Shown here in pieces: positions 27,506-37,415 of a stretch of 64,000 nt of DNA. The stretch's first letter is position 1. Each line of letters starts with the position of its first letter. The notes beneath the pieces are model-generated. The model did no database searches and was not told the origin of the DNA. It was given only the letters and a program-made list of their open reading frames with translations. Source of the DNA: Acidobacteriota bacterium (lineage in GTDB: Bacteria > Acidobacteriota > UBA6911 > RPQK01 > JAJDTT01); the NCBI GenBank assembly GCA_965209055.1, contig OZ242374.1, positions 192,001 through 256,000 on the forward strand. Reading direction: 5' to 3'. Position numbers and translations under genes: made by a program.

Positions 27506-27887
27506 AGCGACGGAGCGAGATGAGGAGGAAAGGGGGCGTGACGGGTCCCCCGAGGAATGATCTGTAGAACTTCCGGTCAGGCCTGGCCGGAAGCTTGCTT
27601 ACGGCCTTGAAAGCTCTTCACGCCCTGGGGAGCGTCGGGTCACCCGAAGGGCCGCAGCGAAGCGGAGGAGCCGTAGGCTTGACCCGAGGCTCCCCAGGGC
27701 GTACCCGCGCCCAGTGGACCGGACAGATCACGTGCCAACAGGAAACCGGACACCTCACTGACTAACGACCCGGGATGGAATCACCGATGAGAACCCACCC
27801 CTTGCAACATGGATACTCCCGATTCTTGCGGGGACAAGGATGTCCCCGCGCCTATGGGGGACTGACAGTCCCCCCTCCGAGGACTGT

Positions 27888-29663
27888 ATGAACCAACTCA
27901 GCGAGCACCTGTTCCGGGTTGACGACACCTGCAGCGTCTACGGCGTCCGGGCCGGCGGAAAGACGCTCTTGATCGATTGCGGGACCGACCTGCGGACCCG
28001 CGACGTGGGAGCAGTCGACCGGGTCCTGCTCACCCATTTTCACCGCGACCAGTGTTCCGGAATCCGGCACTGGCAGGAGCAGGGCGCCGGCGTCTTCATC
28101 CCCGGCGCCGAGCGGCGCTACCTGGAGGAGGCCGACCTGCAGCGGGCGGCCTACTACACTTACGACAACTACACCGCCTACTACCCGGACTTCGGCCCCT
28201 TGCAGGACGTCCGGGGCGCCAGGATCGCCCGCGACTACGAGACCATCGACTGGCAGGGAATCCGCTTCGAGGTCGTCCCGCTGCCCGGACACACCTTCGG
28301 CTCAACGGGATACCTGTTCGAAATCGACGGCCGCCGCGTCCTGGCCTGCGGCGACCTGATGGCGGCGCCGGGCCGCCTCGGCGACTACTACTGGCTGCAG
28401 TGGAGCTACATGGACTTCCAGGGGCACGTCAATCAGCTCGAAAGCCTGGCCCACGCCGCCGATTTGGAGTGGGACCTCATGCTGCCGGGGCACGGAGCGC
28501 CCTTCTCCCGGGAGGAGGCCCGCATCGGCGAACTGAGCGAACGGCTCGCCCGGCTCCACGGCATGTTCTTCGACCAGCCGTACACCCCCTTCCAGGTGGA
28601 GTTCCGCCGCCTGTCGCCCCACGTCTACGAGGTCAACTCCATGGCCAACTCGTATGTCGTCAAGGACGACGCCGGTCACGCTCTTCTCATCGACTGCGGC
28701 TACGTCTCCGGGGCGCCCATCACCGCCAATCCGCACCGCTACATCGACCACCTGACGCCGCGCCTGCGAAGTGAGCTGGGTGTCGAGACGGTGGAATATT
28801 TCCTGCCGACCCATTTCCACGACGACCATCTGGCCGGCTACCCCATGCTCCGGGCGCGTTACGGCGCCAAAGTGGCGGCCGCGCCGGAACTGCGGGACCT
28901 GCTCGAACACCCGGAGCGGTACGACATGCCCTGCATGGTTCCCGACGGGATGCGGGTCGACCGGGTCGTGGCCCGGGGGGAATCTTTCCACTGGCGCGGG
29001 ATCGACTTCCGGATCGAGCAGTTCCCGGGACAGACCTGGTACGACCACCACATCACCTTCCAGGTCGACGGGCGGCGTTTCCTGGCCATCGGCGATGCGA
29101 TATCGGGGCTCCCGTTCCGGGAGAAGCGGGACTACATCCATTCCTTCATCCCGAAGAATCGAACGCCGCTATCGGCATACGGGTCCATACCGCGCAAGAT
29201 CGCGGAGCGGCGTCCGGACGTGATTCTGACCGGGCATGGGGGTGGAGTGGCGTTCGAACAGGCACGGATCGATCTCTGGACCCGGTGGATGGACCGCTGG
29301 CAATCGCTGTTCACCGGTATCGTCGAGGCGCCCCACCCCGACATGGCCATGGATCCCCACTGGGTCGAGTTCCGGCCCTACAAGGTCCGGATCCGCCCCG
29401 GCGACGCCGTGGACTTTCGCCTCTACGTCAAGAATCACGCAGACGAAGAAAAGAGCTGCCGGGTCCGGTTCCGCTCAGTGGATGGCGTTTCCATCGATCC
29501 CTTGGAGCGGGACCTGGTCCTGGCGGCGGGAGAGACCAAGGAGACCGCCGTCCGGGTCCGCTTTCCGCGGGAGTTCTCGACTCATTCCCTGCCGATCCTG
29601 GCCGACGTGGAATGGGACGGACAGAGACTGGGCGAGGTGGCCGAGGCCATCGCCTACTGGTGA
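27888..29663 (+). CDS. Tandem MBL-fold metallo-hydrolase
   Basis: THFHRDQ and THFHDDH motifs, PGHTFG. Confidence 0.88.
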   Translation: MNQLSEHLFRVDDTCSVYGVRAGGKTLLIDCGTDLRTRDVGAVDRVLLTHFHRDQCSGIRHWQEQGAGVFIPGAERRYLEEADLQRAAYYTYDNYTAYYPDFGPLQDVRGARIARDYETIDWQGIRFEVVPLPGHTFGSTGYLFEIDGRRVLACGDLMAAPGRLGDYYWLQWSYMDFQGHVNQLESLAHAADLEWDLMLPGHGAPFSREEARIGELSERLARLHGMFFDQPYTPFQVEFRRLSPHVYEVNSMANSYVVKDDAGHALLIDCGYVSGAPITANPHRYIDHLTPRLRSELGVETVEYFLPTHFHDDHLAGYPMLRARYGAKVAAAPELRDLLEHPERYDMPCMVPDGMRVDRVVARGESFHWRGIDFRIEQFPGQTWYDHHITFQVDGRRFLAIGDAISGLPFREKRDYIHSFIPKNRTPLSAYGSIPRKIAERRPDVILTGHGGGVAFEQARIDLWTRWMDRWQSLFTGIVEAPHPDMAMDPHWVEFRPYKVRIRPGDAVDFRLYVKNHADEEKSCRVRFRSVDGVSIDPLERDLVLAAGETKETAVRVRFPREFSTHSLPILADVEWDGQRLGEVAEAIAYW

Positions 29664-29793
29664 GAGAATCGGCGGTTTTCCAATCGCCGATTCTTCTCCT
29701 CTTCGCGTGCAAGAGATTCTCTCTCGATCGCAATCTTTACCATCGTTGAAATCATTGGCATCATCCCTATCGGATATCTGCCGGAGGAATTTC

Positions 29794-30039
29794 TTGGCCA
29801 GCATCACGATTCGAAACCTGCCAGGCGGGCTGAAACGACGTCTTCGCATCCGCGCGGCCTTTCACGGCCGCTCGATGGAAGAAGAAGTCCGACAGATCCT
29901 GAACAACGTACTTGCCCAGGAGCTATCTGCACCCGTAGACCTGGCCAGCGCCATCCGTTCGCGATTCGCACCTCTGGGTGGGGCCGAACTGGAATTGCCG
30001 TCCCGCGAGCCAATGCGCGATCCACCCCCTTTCGAATGA
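29794..30039 (+). CDS. FitA-like RHH antitoxin
   Basis: TTG start after GGAGG; ASITIRNL...LRIRAA.HGRSMEEEVRQIL. Confidence 0.85.
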   Translation: MASITIRNLPGGLKRRLRIRAAFHGRSMEEEVRQILNNVLAQELSAPVDLASAIRSRFAPLGGAELELPSREPMRDPPPFE

Positions 30040-30049
30040 GCCATGCCAG

Positions 30050-30466
30050 ATGATTTTGCTCGACGCGAACGTAGTCTCGGAGTTGATTCGCCCCAACCCC
30101 GACCCCAAAGTCGAAGCTTGGTTGGCGGAACAGTATTTCGCGAATGTATTCCTGACCGTCATCAGTGAGGCCGAACTTCGATACGGTGTTGCGATCATGC
30201 CGGCAGGTATACGGCGGGACAGGCTCGCCAACGAGATTGAGGGTATGCTCCGCGAAGACTTCGCCGGGCGCATCCTGGCCTTCGATAGTGAGTGTGCCCG
30301 CGCCTATGCCGTGATTGCGTCCGACCGCCGCGCCGCGGGTCTCCCAATCCACCATGCCGACTGTCAAATTGCGGCAACTGCTCGCGCTCGAGGGGCTAAA
30401 ATCGCGACCAGGAATGTGGCGGATTTCCACGGATGTGGGGTCGATGTGATCAATCCTTGGGAATGA
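30050..30466 (+). CDS. vapC: FitB/VapC PIN-domain toxin
   Basis: MILLDANVVSE, EAELRYG, ADCQIAA, ATRNVADF, INPW. Confidence 0.92.
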   Translation: MILLDANVVSELIRPNPDPKVEAWLAEQYFANVFLTVISEAELRYGVAIMPAGIRRDRLANEIEGMLREDFAGRILAFDSECARAYAVIASDRRAAGLPIHHADCQIAATARARGAKIATRNVADFHGCGVDVINPWE

Positions 30467-30624
30467 CGTGGAGTGAAAGAAGTAGAGGGATTGGCAGGGA
30501 TTCTCGGAACAGCGGTTTTCCGTCCGCCGGATTCCAGTTGAGCTACTCCCTCCGTGGTCCGGGGGTTATCTCTTGTCTCCGGGACCGTTTTGGATGTTCG
30601 GTTCACGGTTCGTCGCCTCCGGAT

Positions 30625-31144
30625 TCAACAGAAATAACTCCATCGGTCAAAGGCTTCCTGAAGCTCATTGACCCGTCCGGGCTGGCGCTCCGCCAGGTTC
30701 TTGCGCTCGTAGGGATCGCGGCTCAGGTCGAACAACTCCTTGCCGCCGACCAGCTTCCAGGGGCCCCTTCGCACCGCGTAGTTCCGGCGCAGGCCTTTTT
30801 CCGTGTATTCCTGCTCGTACGTCAGCGGAACCTGGTTGGGAATGTGGGGGGGCGTTGTAGGACAGGAAGAGGAAGAAGGGGCGGCTCCGGTTGGACTCGA
30901 CGAAACGGAGGGCGGCATCGGTCAAGGCGTCGGTGATGTAATTGCTGATGCGCGCCGGAAGGCCGTTGTGCTCCAGGGCCGTGTCGAATTAGTCGTCGTT
31001 GCCATGCACGCCCACGTCCCCGTAACCCCGGTCGTCGGTGAGAATCAAGATGACGTTCGGCCGGCGGGTGGACTTCCCGGGCGCGAAACAGAGACCGGCG
31101 CCGACCGCGAGGAACAAGGCCGCCGTCCACGCCATGCCCTTCAT
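30625..31144 (-). pseudogene. Internally deleted sulfatase relic
   Basis: Fragments in different frames: signal plus RPNVILILTDDRGYGD-stop; TDAALRFVE...[11 protein letters not shown]; AVRRGPWKL...[11 protein letters not shown]; no CxPxR motif. Confidence 0.8.
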
Positions 31145-31217
31145 CACGTTGGAACTCACCTGAAAACCTCCTTTCACGGAGCTTGTCCCATGCTTCGGAT
31201 CCACTGAGGCCGGATCC

Positions 31218-33008
31218 TCAATAACGCCAGAAGACCACGCCCATGTGATACCGCTGGTGCGTCGGTAGCCGGGAGCAATAGTAGGCGGTGAGGATGCTTC
31301 CGTCGTCCAACTGGACGCTAGACGGATAGCCGCCGTCCAATCCGCCGGCGCCGCTGCTGGAGACGTGGGCGGCTGTCTTGAAGAGGACCCGGGGAGCGTC
31401 CCAGGTGAGCCCGCCGTCCCGGCTGATGCGCGCATGCACTCCGAGGGCGCCCCGAAGGCGTGAGCCGTAGCTGAGCAGGATCGAGCCGTCCCGCAGTCTC
31501 AACAGGTCCGCCGGGATCTCTTTCGGCAACGAAACGGGACCGAGTCCGTTCCAGGTCTGCCCGCCATCGTCGGAGGAGAACAGCTCCAGGTGCTCGTTCT
31601 TCATCCCGCCCCAGCGGATGGTGCGGCTGGCGGCGAGCATCTTCGCGCCGTCCAGAGGCAGCAATGCCGTTTCGTTGAAGCTGTCCGCGGCGATCAGGCG
31701 CGGCTTGCCCCAGGTGCGGCCGTCGTCGTCGCTGAAGAAGATCCAGGCCGTATTCCTGGCCAGATCCCCGGGGCCCTGGGAATAAATGGAAACGGCGAGC
31801 CGTCCTCGCGGAAGCATGACGATGCCGCCGTACGGGATCGGATCCTCCATATTCGGCGGAACCTTCATCGGCGTGCGGGTCCAGGTCCTGCCGCCGTCTT
31901 CGGACCGGCAGATTATGGGTGTCAGGAGGAATCTCTTCTTGTTGGGGACGGGCGGTTCGCCCCCGCGCGACGGGACATTCCCCCAGCCTCCCGCCAGGAC
32001 GACCAGGGCGCCGCCGTGAGTCCGCCCGGCTGCGTAGATCATGTGGTTGGTCCCGGGCGCGTGGGGCGCCGCTACGCTGAGGAAGGACCAGGTCTTGCCG
32101 CCGTCCCGGCTGATCCAGCACTCGGCGCTGCCTTCCCACAGGCCGTGCGCGGGCTCGCTGAAGACCGTCGCCACGATGGAGCCGTCCGGCATGGGCGTCA
32201 GGTTGGGCCAGTTGCCCCTGTTGTCGATGGCCACGTACCGTTCCAGGTTGTCCATTCTTCGCTCTGCGGCCGGCTTCGTCTGCAGGATCGCGTCGGAGTA
32301 GCTCTTCCGGATCCAGGTGCTCATGTGACGGAAGGAGCCGGTCTGGGGCGTGACGCCGCCGGCCCGGTCCAGGGCGTCGGCTTCGAGCCGGTCCTTGCCG
32401 ATGGCGCCGGCGTCGTAGATTGCGTCCGCAGGGTCCCGGTTTCCCCGAAGGGCTTCGATTTCGTCGATGAAGGTCCGGCCCCCGCCGCTGGCGACGTAGA
32501 GGGCGAGATACCGTCCCCCGGCTCGAAGTCCCCCGGTCCAATAGTCTCCCGACACGAACCGGCGGCGACCGAATTCGCCTTCCGGGACGACTTCGTTGAT
32601 CAGGTCGGTGACGTAGCGCCAGGTTTCTCCATCATCCGAGACGTAGGCCAGCACGGCGGCTGGAATTCTGACGCCGGGCCTGCCCGACGCCGTGTGCAGG
32701 CTCAGGGTCTCGATCGGTTGGACCGTTCCCAGATCGAACCGGATCAACACTCCGGGAACGGAACCCAGGTCCCATCCCACCGATCCCTGGTGGTTCCAGA
32801 AGTCGGTCCCGCTGTTTGATTGCCAAAGTATCCCGTCGGTGAGGGAGGTCCTGGAGCCGCCGTTGCAGTGGCTGCAATCTGGTGCGACCGAGAATGCCGC
32901 TTCTTTGGCGGTGAGCAGGTTGTCTCCCGGCAGGGGGAGGATCTGTTGGGACGATGCCGGCGCGGTCAGGACGGTCCCCAGGAACAGGGCGGTTGCGTAC
33001 TGTTTCAT
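31218..33008 (-). CDS. Sialidase-like BNR/Asp-box protein with N-terminal discoidin-like domain
   Basis: Signal peptide; repeated SxDGGxTW Asp-boxes; DGGYPSSV. Confidence 0.8.
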   Translation of the reverse strand: MKQYATALFLGTVLTAPASSQQILPLPGDNLLTAKEAAFSVAPDCSHCNGGSRTSLTDGILWQSNSGTDFWNHQGSVGWDLGSVPGVLIRFDLGTVQPIETLSLHTASGRPGVRIPAAVLAYVSDDGETWRYVTDLINEVVPEGEFGRRRFVSGDYWTGGLRAGGRYLALYVASGGGRTFIDEIEALRGNRDPADAIYDAGAIGKDRLEADALDRAGGVTPQTGSFRHMSTWIRKSYSDAILQTKPAAERRMDNLERYVAIDNRGNWPNLTPMPDGSIVATVFSEPAHGLWEGSAECWISRDGGKTWSFLSVAAPHAPGTNHMIYAAGRTHGGALVVLAGGWGNVPSRGGEPPVPNKKRFLLTPIICRSEDGGRTWTRTPMKVPPNMEDPIPYGGIVMLPRGRLAVSIYSQGPGDLARNTAWIFFSDDDGRTWGKPRLIAADSFNETALLPLDGAKMLAASRTIRWGGMKNEHLELFSSDDGGQTWNGLGPVSLPKEIPADLLRLRDGSILLSYGSRLRGALGVHARISRDGGLTWDAPRVLFKTAAHVSSSGAGGLDGGYPSSVQLDDGSILTAYYCSRLPTHQRYHMGVVFWRY

Positions 33009-33210
33009 TCGTAGACGACAGGCGCCGAAGGGAATCGCCGGGAATTGAGGCTCCGATTCATGGTGCTTGCGAGGATGCGTCATTTTTGGCCTTCTCCTGT
33101 TTCTCGGCGTCGCGGAAGGGGGACTGCCGTCCGCCGGGAACCTCTCGGTCGGCGGCAGGGATACGGTTGCTCCTCCGGCGGCAAGGATACCGCCGCTCCA
33201 TATCTTCCCG

Positions 33211-34581
33211 TCAGGACAGTCGAGCGATGATGTCGCCGCGGACGAGCGTTCGGATGGTGTCCTGAAAGACGTTGAGGGTCTCACCGATGTCCCGCTCCGA
33301 GTGGGCGGCGGAGGTGACTCCCGCCATGAAGGAGAGCACGTCGACGCCTCTGATCTGGAGATTCTTTTGAAACGCGGAAATGACAGCGCCGGGAATCCCC
33401 TTCAGGCGGCCGGCGTCGGTGGTTCTGACCGCGGCGCGGTCGTTGGCGCCCGAACCGGGGTGAGCTTCCAGGTAGACGTGGAAGCCGGACGAGTCTCCGT
33501 AGGCGTAACCGGCCACCCGCTCCCGTTCCAGGATCTCCTCCATGCCGTCGCGAAGCAGCGCGGCCATGCGGTCGGCCTGGTCCTGCGGCCGGCCGGTGGC
33601 GGCCTGTTTCAACGTGGCGATCCCGGCCGCCGCCGAAAGGGGGTTGGCGTTGAAAGTGCCCAGATGTTGGATCCTTTCATGCCGGTCGTGGCGGGGGTCT
33701 CCCGTGAAATCGAACAGGCTCATGATGTCGGCCCGGCCCACCAGGGCACCGCCGGGGAGTCCGCCGGCCATGATCTTTCCCAGAACGCTCATGTCGGGGG
33801 TGATGCCCACCAGTCCCTGGTAGCCGCCCGGACTGTACCGGAACCCCGTGATGACTTCGTCGTAGATCAACAGCACGCCATGGTCCGCGGTCAAGCGGCG
33901 CAGCTCGCGGTTGAATTCGGCGTCGAGAGGGACACGGCCCCAGGACGCACCCGAAGGCTCCAGCATGACGGCGGCAATGTCGGGATCGGTGCGGAACGTC
34001 TCGTCGACCACGTCAAGGTCGGCGGGAACGACCACGATGGTGTCGAGCGTGGCAGGAGGGATGCCGGCTGAGATGGAGGCGTCGAATGGAGGCATGGCGC
34101 CCCGGCCCACGTAGTCGTGCCAGCCGCTGAAGTGGCCCTCGAAGCGGAGCACCTTGGTGCGCCGGGTGAAGGCCCGGGCCACCCGCAACGCCAGCATCGA
34201 ACCTTCCGTCCCCGAGTTGACGAATCGAACGCGCTCGGCCGAGGGAATCAACTGCTGAATCAGGGCGGCCCACTCGACCTGGACCGGGTGATCCAATCCG
34301 AAGTGGAGCCCCTTGCCCATCACCTCGCGGACCGCATCCAGCACTTCCGGAGGGGAGTGGCCCAGCAGGCAGGCCGCGTTCCCCATGCCGTAGTCGATGT
34401 ACTCGTTTCCATCGGCGTCCCAGATGCGGGACCCGGCGGCGCGATCGATATAGCGGGGGAAGGGAAACGAGAACCGCAGGTCGTGGCCGACGCCACCGGC
34501 CGTATTGCGCTTCGCCTGCTCGAACAGGTCCCGGCATCTGGGGCCCCGCTCGACGTAGGCCGTCAGCCAAATATCGGACAT
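33211..34581 (-). CDS. Class III aminotransferase (glutamate-1-semialdehyde aminomutase-like)
   Basis: DGNEYIDY, VNSGTE, DEVITGFR, LGKIMAGG, GTFNANP. Confidence 0.88.
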   Translation of the reverse strand: MSDIWLTAYVERGPRCRDLFEQAKRNTAGGVGHDLRFSFPFPRYIDRAAGSRIWDADGNEYIDYGMGNAACLLGHSPPEVLDAVREVMGKGLHFGLDHPVQVEWAALIQQLIPSAERVRFVNSGTEGSMLALRVARAFTRRTKVLRFEGHFSGWHDYVGRGAMPPFDASISAGIPPATLDTIVVVPADLDVVDETFRTDPDIAAVMLEPSGASWGRVPLDAEFNRELRRLTADHGVLLIYDEVITGFRYSPGGYQGLVGITPDMSVLGKIMAGGLPGGALVGRADIMSLFDFTGDPRHDRHERIQHLGTFNANPLSAAAGIATLKQAATGRPQDQADRMAALLRDGMEEILERERVAGYAYGDSSGFHVYLEAHPGSGANDRAAVRTTDAGRLKGIPGAVISAFQKNLQIRGVDVLSFMAGVTSAAHSERDIGETLNVFQDTIRTLVRGDIIARLS

Positions 34582-34601
34582 ATCTGCCTCTCCTGGTGTG
34601 G

Positions 34602-37415
34602 TTAATCGGCCCGAATCGTAACGCGGGTCAAATAGGGGGACGCATACCCCATGCCGGCGATCAGTGTGACCCGATATTGGAGCCAGGTATCGTGGTCCCC
34701 TCGCGAGAGCCGGCCCGACTCCGGGACCGTTCTCCAGTCGGCTTGCTCAAGGCCGTTGCGGTCAGGCGAAAAACGGGTCCGGAGTTGGATCCGGGATCCG
34801 CGGGGAGTCTCCGCCTCGCGGGTCAGCTTGATATCGCCGGGCCAGGTGGAGAGGTCGAGCGCCGGCGAGGTGTAGGACGCCTCCGGCTTCCGGGTCGCCA
34901 GGTTCCCCACGTCCACGTTCTGCAGGAAATGCGGACCCGGCGCGGGCAGATAGCTCCGGTTCGCCACCGAGAATCCGTCCTGAGCGCCCCAGTAGAGATA
35001 GCTCTCGACGCTGTGGTTGTCTTCGCCGACCGAGAGCTTGTGGTTCATCACCAGAAGATCGGTGTGTCCGTCGTAGTCCATGTCCGCCGCCATGAGAGCC
35101 GAAGGGGACTCTCCCGGCAGGTCGGTGCGGCGCCGCGCCGAAAATCCCCCCCGGCCGTCGTTCCAGAACAGCAGCACCGGAAGCTTCCGGTGGCTCCGGG
35201 ACTGGTATTGGGAGACGGCCAGATCGAGAACGCCGTCCCCGTTCAGGTCCGACGCCAACACGTCGATGGCCCCCACCGTGGGGAAATCGAACCTCGGCTC
35301 GGCTTCCAGTCCCCGTTCGTTCCCGTGGTAGACCTTGATCCAGGAGTCGGCCCGATTGACCCCGTCGTCCCTGGAATAGGGACGCAGCAGAACCAGATCC
35401 AGCCGGCCGTCGGCGTCGAGGTCCGCCACCTCCGCGTTGCCGATCCCCGGCTCTTCCAGTCTTTGAACCCGTCCGGACGAATAGCCGTCGGGACCGCCCA
35501 GCAGAATCTTGCTGTAGGGACTCCCGATGTCCGCGGTCAGGATGTCCAGCCAGCCGTCACGGTCGAAATCCAGCAGCCGGCAGTTCTGGCCCATGCGGGC
35601 CACGTCCGGAATCCGGATCTGGCGGCCGGGATCCGAGAATTTGCGGGGACCTCCCCAGGCGAAGAAAAGGGTGTCGAAATCGAACCCCACGATGTCCAGG
35701 TAGCCGTCCCGGTTCAGGTCGGCGATTTCCCAGGAACCGTTCTCGTTGAGGTCGAATTCGTGGCGCTTCTCCACCGCGGGTCCGCCGGGAGTCCCCCAGT
35801 AGAGGTAGCTGGCTCCGGGCAGCCCCGAGTAGTGCCGTCCCGAGTTGGCCACCAGCAGTTCCGCATGGCCGTCGTCATCCAGGTCGACCATGGCGATCCC
35901 CATGGCCATGACGCAGGGATAGCGGCTGACGAAGGCGGGGGAATAGCCGCGGTGAGGCCGTCCCCAGTAGACGTAGACGTACTCGTCCTTGCCCCCGGAG
36001 ATCCCGCTCCCGGTGTTTCCGAAGAGCAGGTCCTTGCGGTGGTCGCCGTTCAGGTCGCCCACCGCCACCGCGGCGGCGCCGAAGGTCTGCAAATCGGTCC
36101 GGCGCGCGTCGGCATACCCGTGAACGCTCCCCCAGAAGACATAGGAAGAGACGTCCAGGTTGCCGTAGGCGCCCTCGGAGTAGTTGGCGAAGATGAGTTC
36201 GGGAAAGCCGTCGCTGTTGAGGTCGGAGACGGCCACGTCCCTGGCGTTGAGGGTCGGGATGGGGGTTTCGGAGCGGTCCTTTCCCCAGATGACAGCCGAC
36301 GTGTCCCCGCCGGCCAGGACGATCTCCAGCCGGCCATCCCGGTCCAGGTCCGCGAGGCGTACGCGCGCGCCGCCCCGGTCCACGGTCGTTTGCAGGACCG
36401 GCTGCCGAGACGAGAACGCGAAGAGCCGTAGCTCCTTTTGCGAGAGCGCTGCCAGCATCGTCCCGCGATCCGCTGTTGCAGCCGTCTCCAGGGACACCAG
36501 GCCGGGGATCGGAAACCGCGAGGGGGACTCCGGATCGGGCCCCGCATCGCTTCCCCAGTAGATCTCGAGTCCTCCTTCTTGTCCGTGGGTGGCGAAGATC
36601 AGGTCGGGATGACCGTCCGCGTCCAGGTCGGCGATCCGGCAGCCCACGGCGCCGTCCGTGGGCATGGCGCTGCGGTGACGCTCTCCATAGAAATCGGTCG
36701 TTCCCCAGTAGATATAGGAGCCCGGGTTCCTCCGGCCCGGGCCTGTCCGGTTGGCGAAGACCACGTCCTGTCGGCCGTCCCGGTTCAGGTCTCCCACGGC
36801 CACGTCCCGGGCGCCCACCGTGGGCAGTGCGGTGCGGGAGTCGCGCCGGTAGCCGGATTCGGAGCCCCAGTAGATGAGGCTGTCGGAGAAGGGGGTGTCC
36901 CCGAGTCCCGAGGAGGCGAAGAGGATGTCGGCGTGGCCGTCCTGGTCCAAGTCGCTGAAGAGGACCGCGCTGGGGCGGTCGGCCGGGAGCCGCAGCGTGC
37001 TGGAACGGCTTTTTTCCTCCTGCAGCCACAGGTCGTACAGGGCCAGGGACCGGTGCAGGGGAGAAAGGACCGACCGGTAGCCGCGGTTCGTCTGCAGGTA
37101 GCCCAGAGCGTCGATGCTCCCCACCATGACGTTGTGGGTGCTGGCGAAGGGGAGGTCGTAGTAGCCGTCGTTGTTCAGGTCCCAGCGTCGAATCAGTTGG
37201 ACGCGGCCCTTGCGGGAGACGTAGATGTCCTGCCCCGCATGCTCGAAGCTGCCCTTGGAGAAGCTTTCGAAGCCCTCGTGCACGATCTTGAACTCGGCGG
37301 CTTGGGCGAGTGTCAGCGTGAGGAGAATTGGCAGAAGGGCCCAGAGGGGGACTCGCGATGCAGGGTTCCGTCTGGTTTCCACTTCTTCAACGTGCGCGCG
37401 ATCAGTGATCGACAT
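34602..37415 (-). CDS. FG-GAP/VCBS repeat secreted protein
   Basis: Many DLNxDGxxD repeats alternating with YWG motifs; start uncertain. Confidence 0.85.
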   Translation of the reverse strand: MSITDRAHVEEVETRRNPASRVPLWALLPILLTLTLAQAAEFKIVHEGFESFSKGSFEHAGQDIYVSRKGRVQLIRRWDLNNDGYYDLPFASTHNVMVGSIDALGYLQTNRGYRSVLSPLHRSLALYDLWLQEEKSRSSTLRLPADRPSAVLFSDLDQDGHADILFASSGLGDTPFSDSLIYWGSESGYRRDSRTALPTVGARDVAVGDLNRDGRQDVVFANRTGPGRRNPGSYIYWGTTDFYGERHRSAMPTDGAVGCRIADLDADGHPDLIFATHGQEGGLEIYWGSDAGPDPESPSRFPIPGLVSLETAATADRGTMLAALSQKELRLFAFSSRQPVLQTTVDRGGARVRLADLDRDGRLEIVLAGGDTSAVIWGKDRSETPIPTLNARDVAVSDLNSDGFPELIFANYSEGAYGNLDVSSYVFWGSVHGYADARRTDLQTFGAAAVAVGDLNGDHRKDLLFGNTGSGISGGKDEYVYVYWGRPHRGYSPAFVSRYPCVMAMGIAMVDLDDDGHAELLVANSGRHYSGLPGASYLYWGTPGGPAVEKRHEFDLNENGSWEIADLNRDGYLDIVGFDFDTLFFAWGGPRKFSDPGRQIRIPDVARMGQNCRLLDFDRDGWLDILTADIGSPYSKILLGGPDGYSSGRVQRLEEPGIGNAEVADLDADGRLDLVLLRPYSRDDGVNRADSWIKVYHGNERGLEAEPRFDFPTVGAIDVLASDLNGDGVLDLAVSQYQSRSHRKLPVLLFWNDGRGGFSARRRTDLPGESPSALMAADMDYDGHTDLLVMNHKLSVGEDNHSVESYLYWGAQDGFSVANRSYLPAPGPHFLQNVDVGNLATRKPEASYTSPALDLSTWPGDIKLTREAETPRGSRIQLRTRFSPDRNGLEQADWRTVPESGRLSRGDHDTWLQYRVTLIAGMGYASPYLTRVTIRAD

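Larger units (their letters stand above)
26378..27817 (+). mobile_element. Complete IS110-family element (IS621-like) inserted at a CT core in a REP
   Basis: Boundaries GTCGCCG-CT/TGTCTG and ATGGATA-CT/CCCG; removing the element restores REP end GTCGCCGCTCC; guide matches support both ends. Confidence 0.9.

Noticed and set aside
26208-27876. Using the 58-bp direct repeat as the IS110 boundary or target-site duplication
   Set aside because: Bridge-RNA guide matches place the ends at the CT cores 26376-26377 and 27816-27817
30534-30552. Minus-strand GAGGGAGTAGCTCAACTGG resembling a tRNA 5-prime end and D-arm
   Set aside because: Only about 19 nt; no anticodon arm, T-arm or acceptor partner follows, and it runs into a REP
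33211-34581. Calling this gene hemL
   Set aside because: Family motifs are present but the sequence is divergent and there is no tetrapyrrole gene context; left as class III aminotransferase
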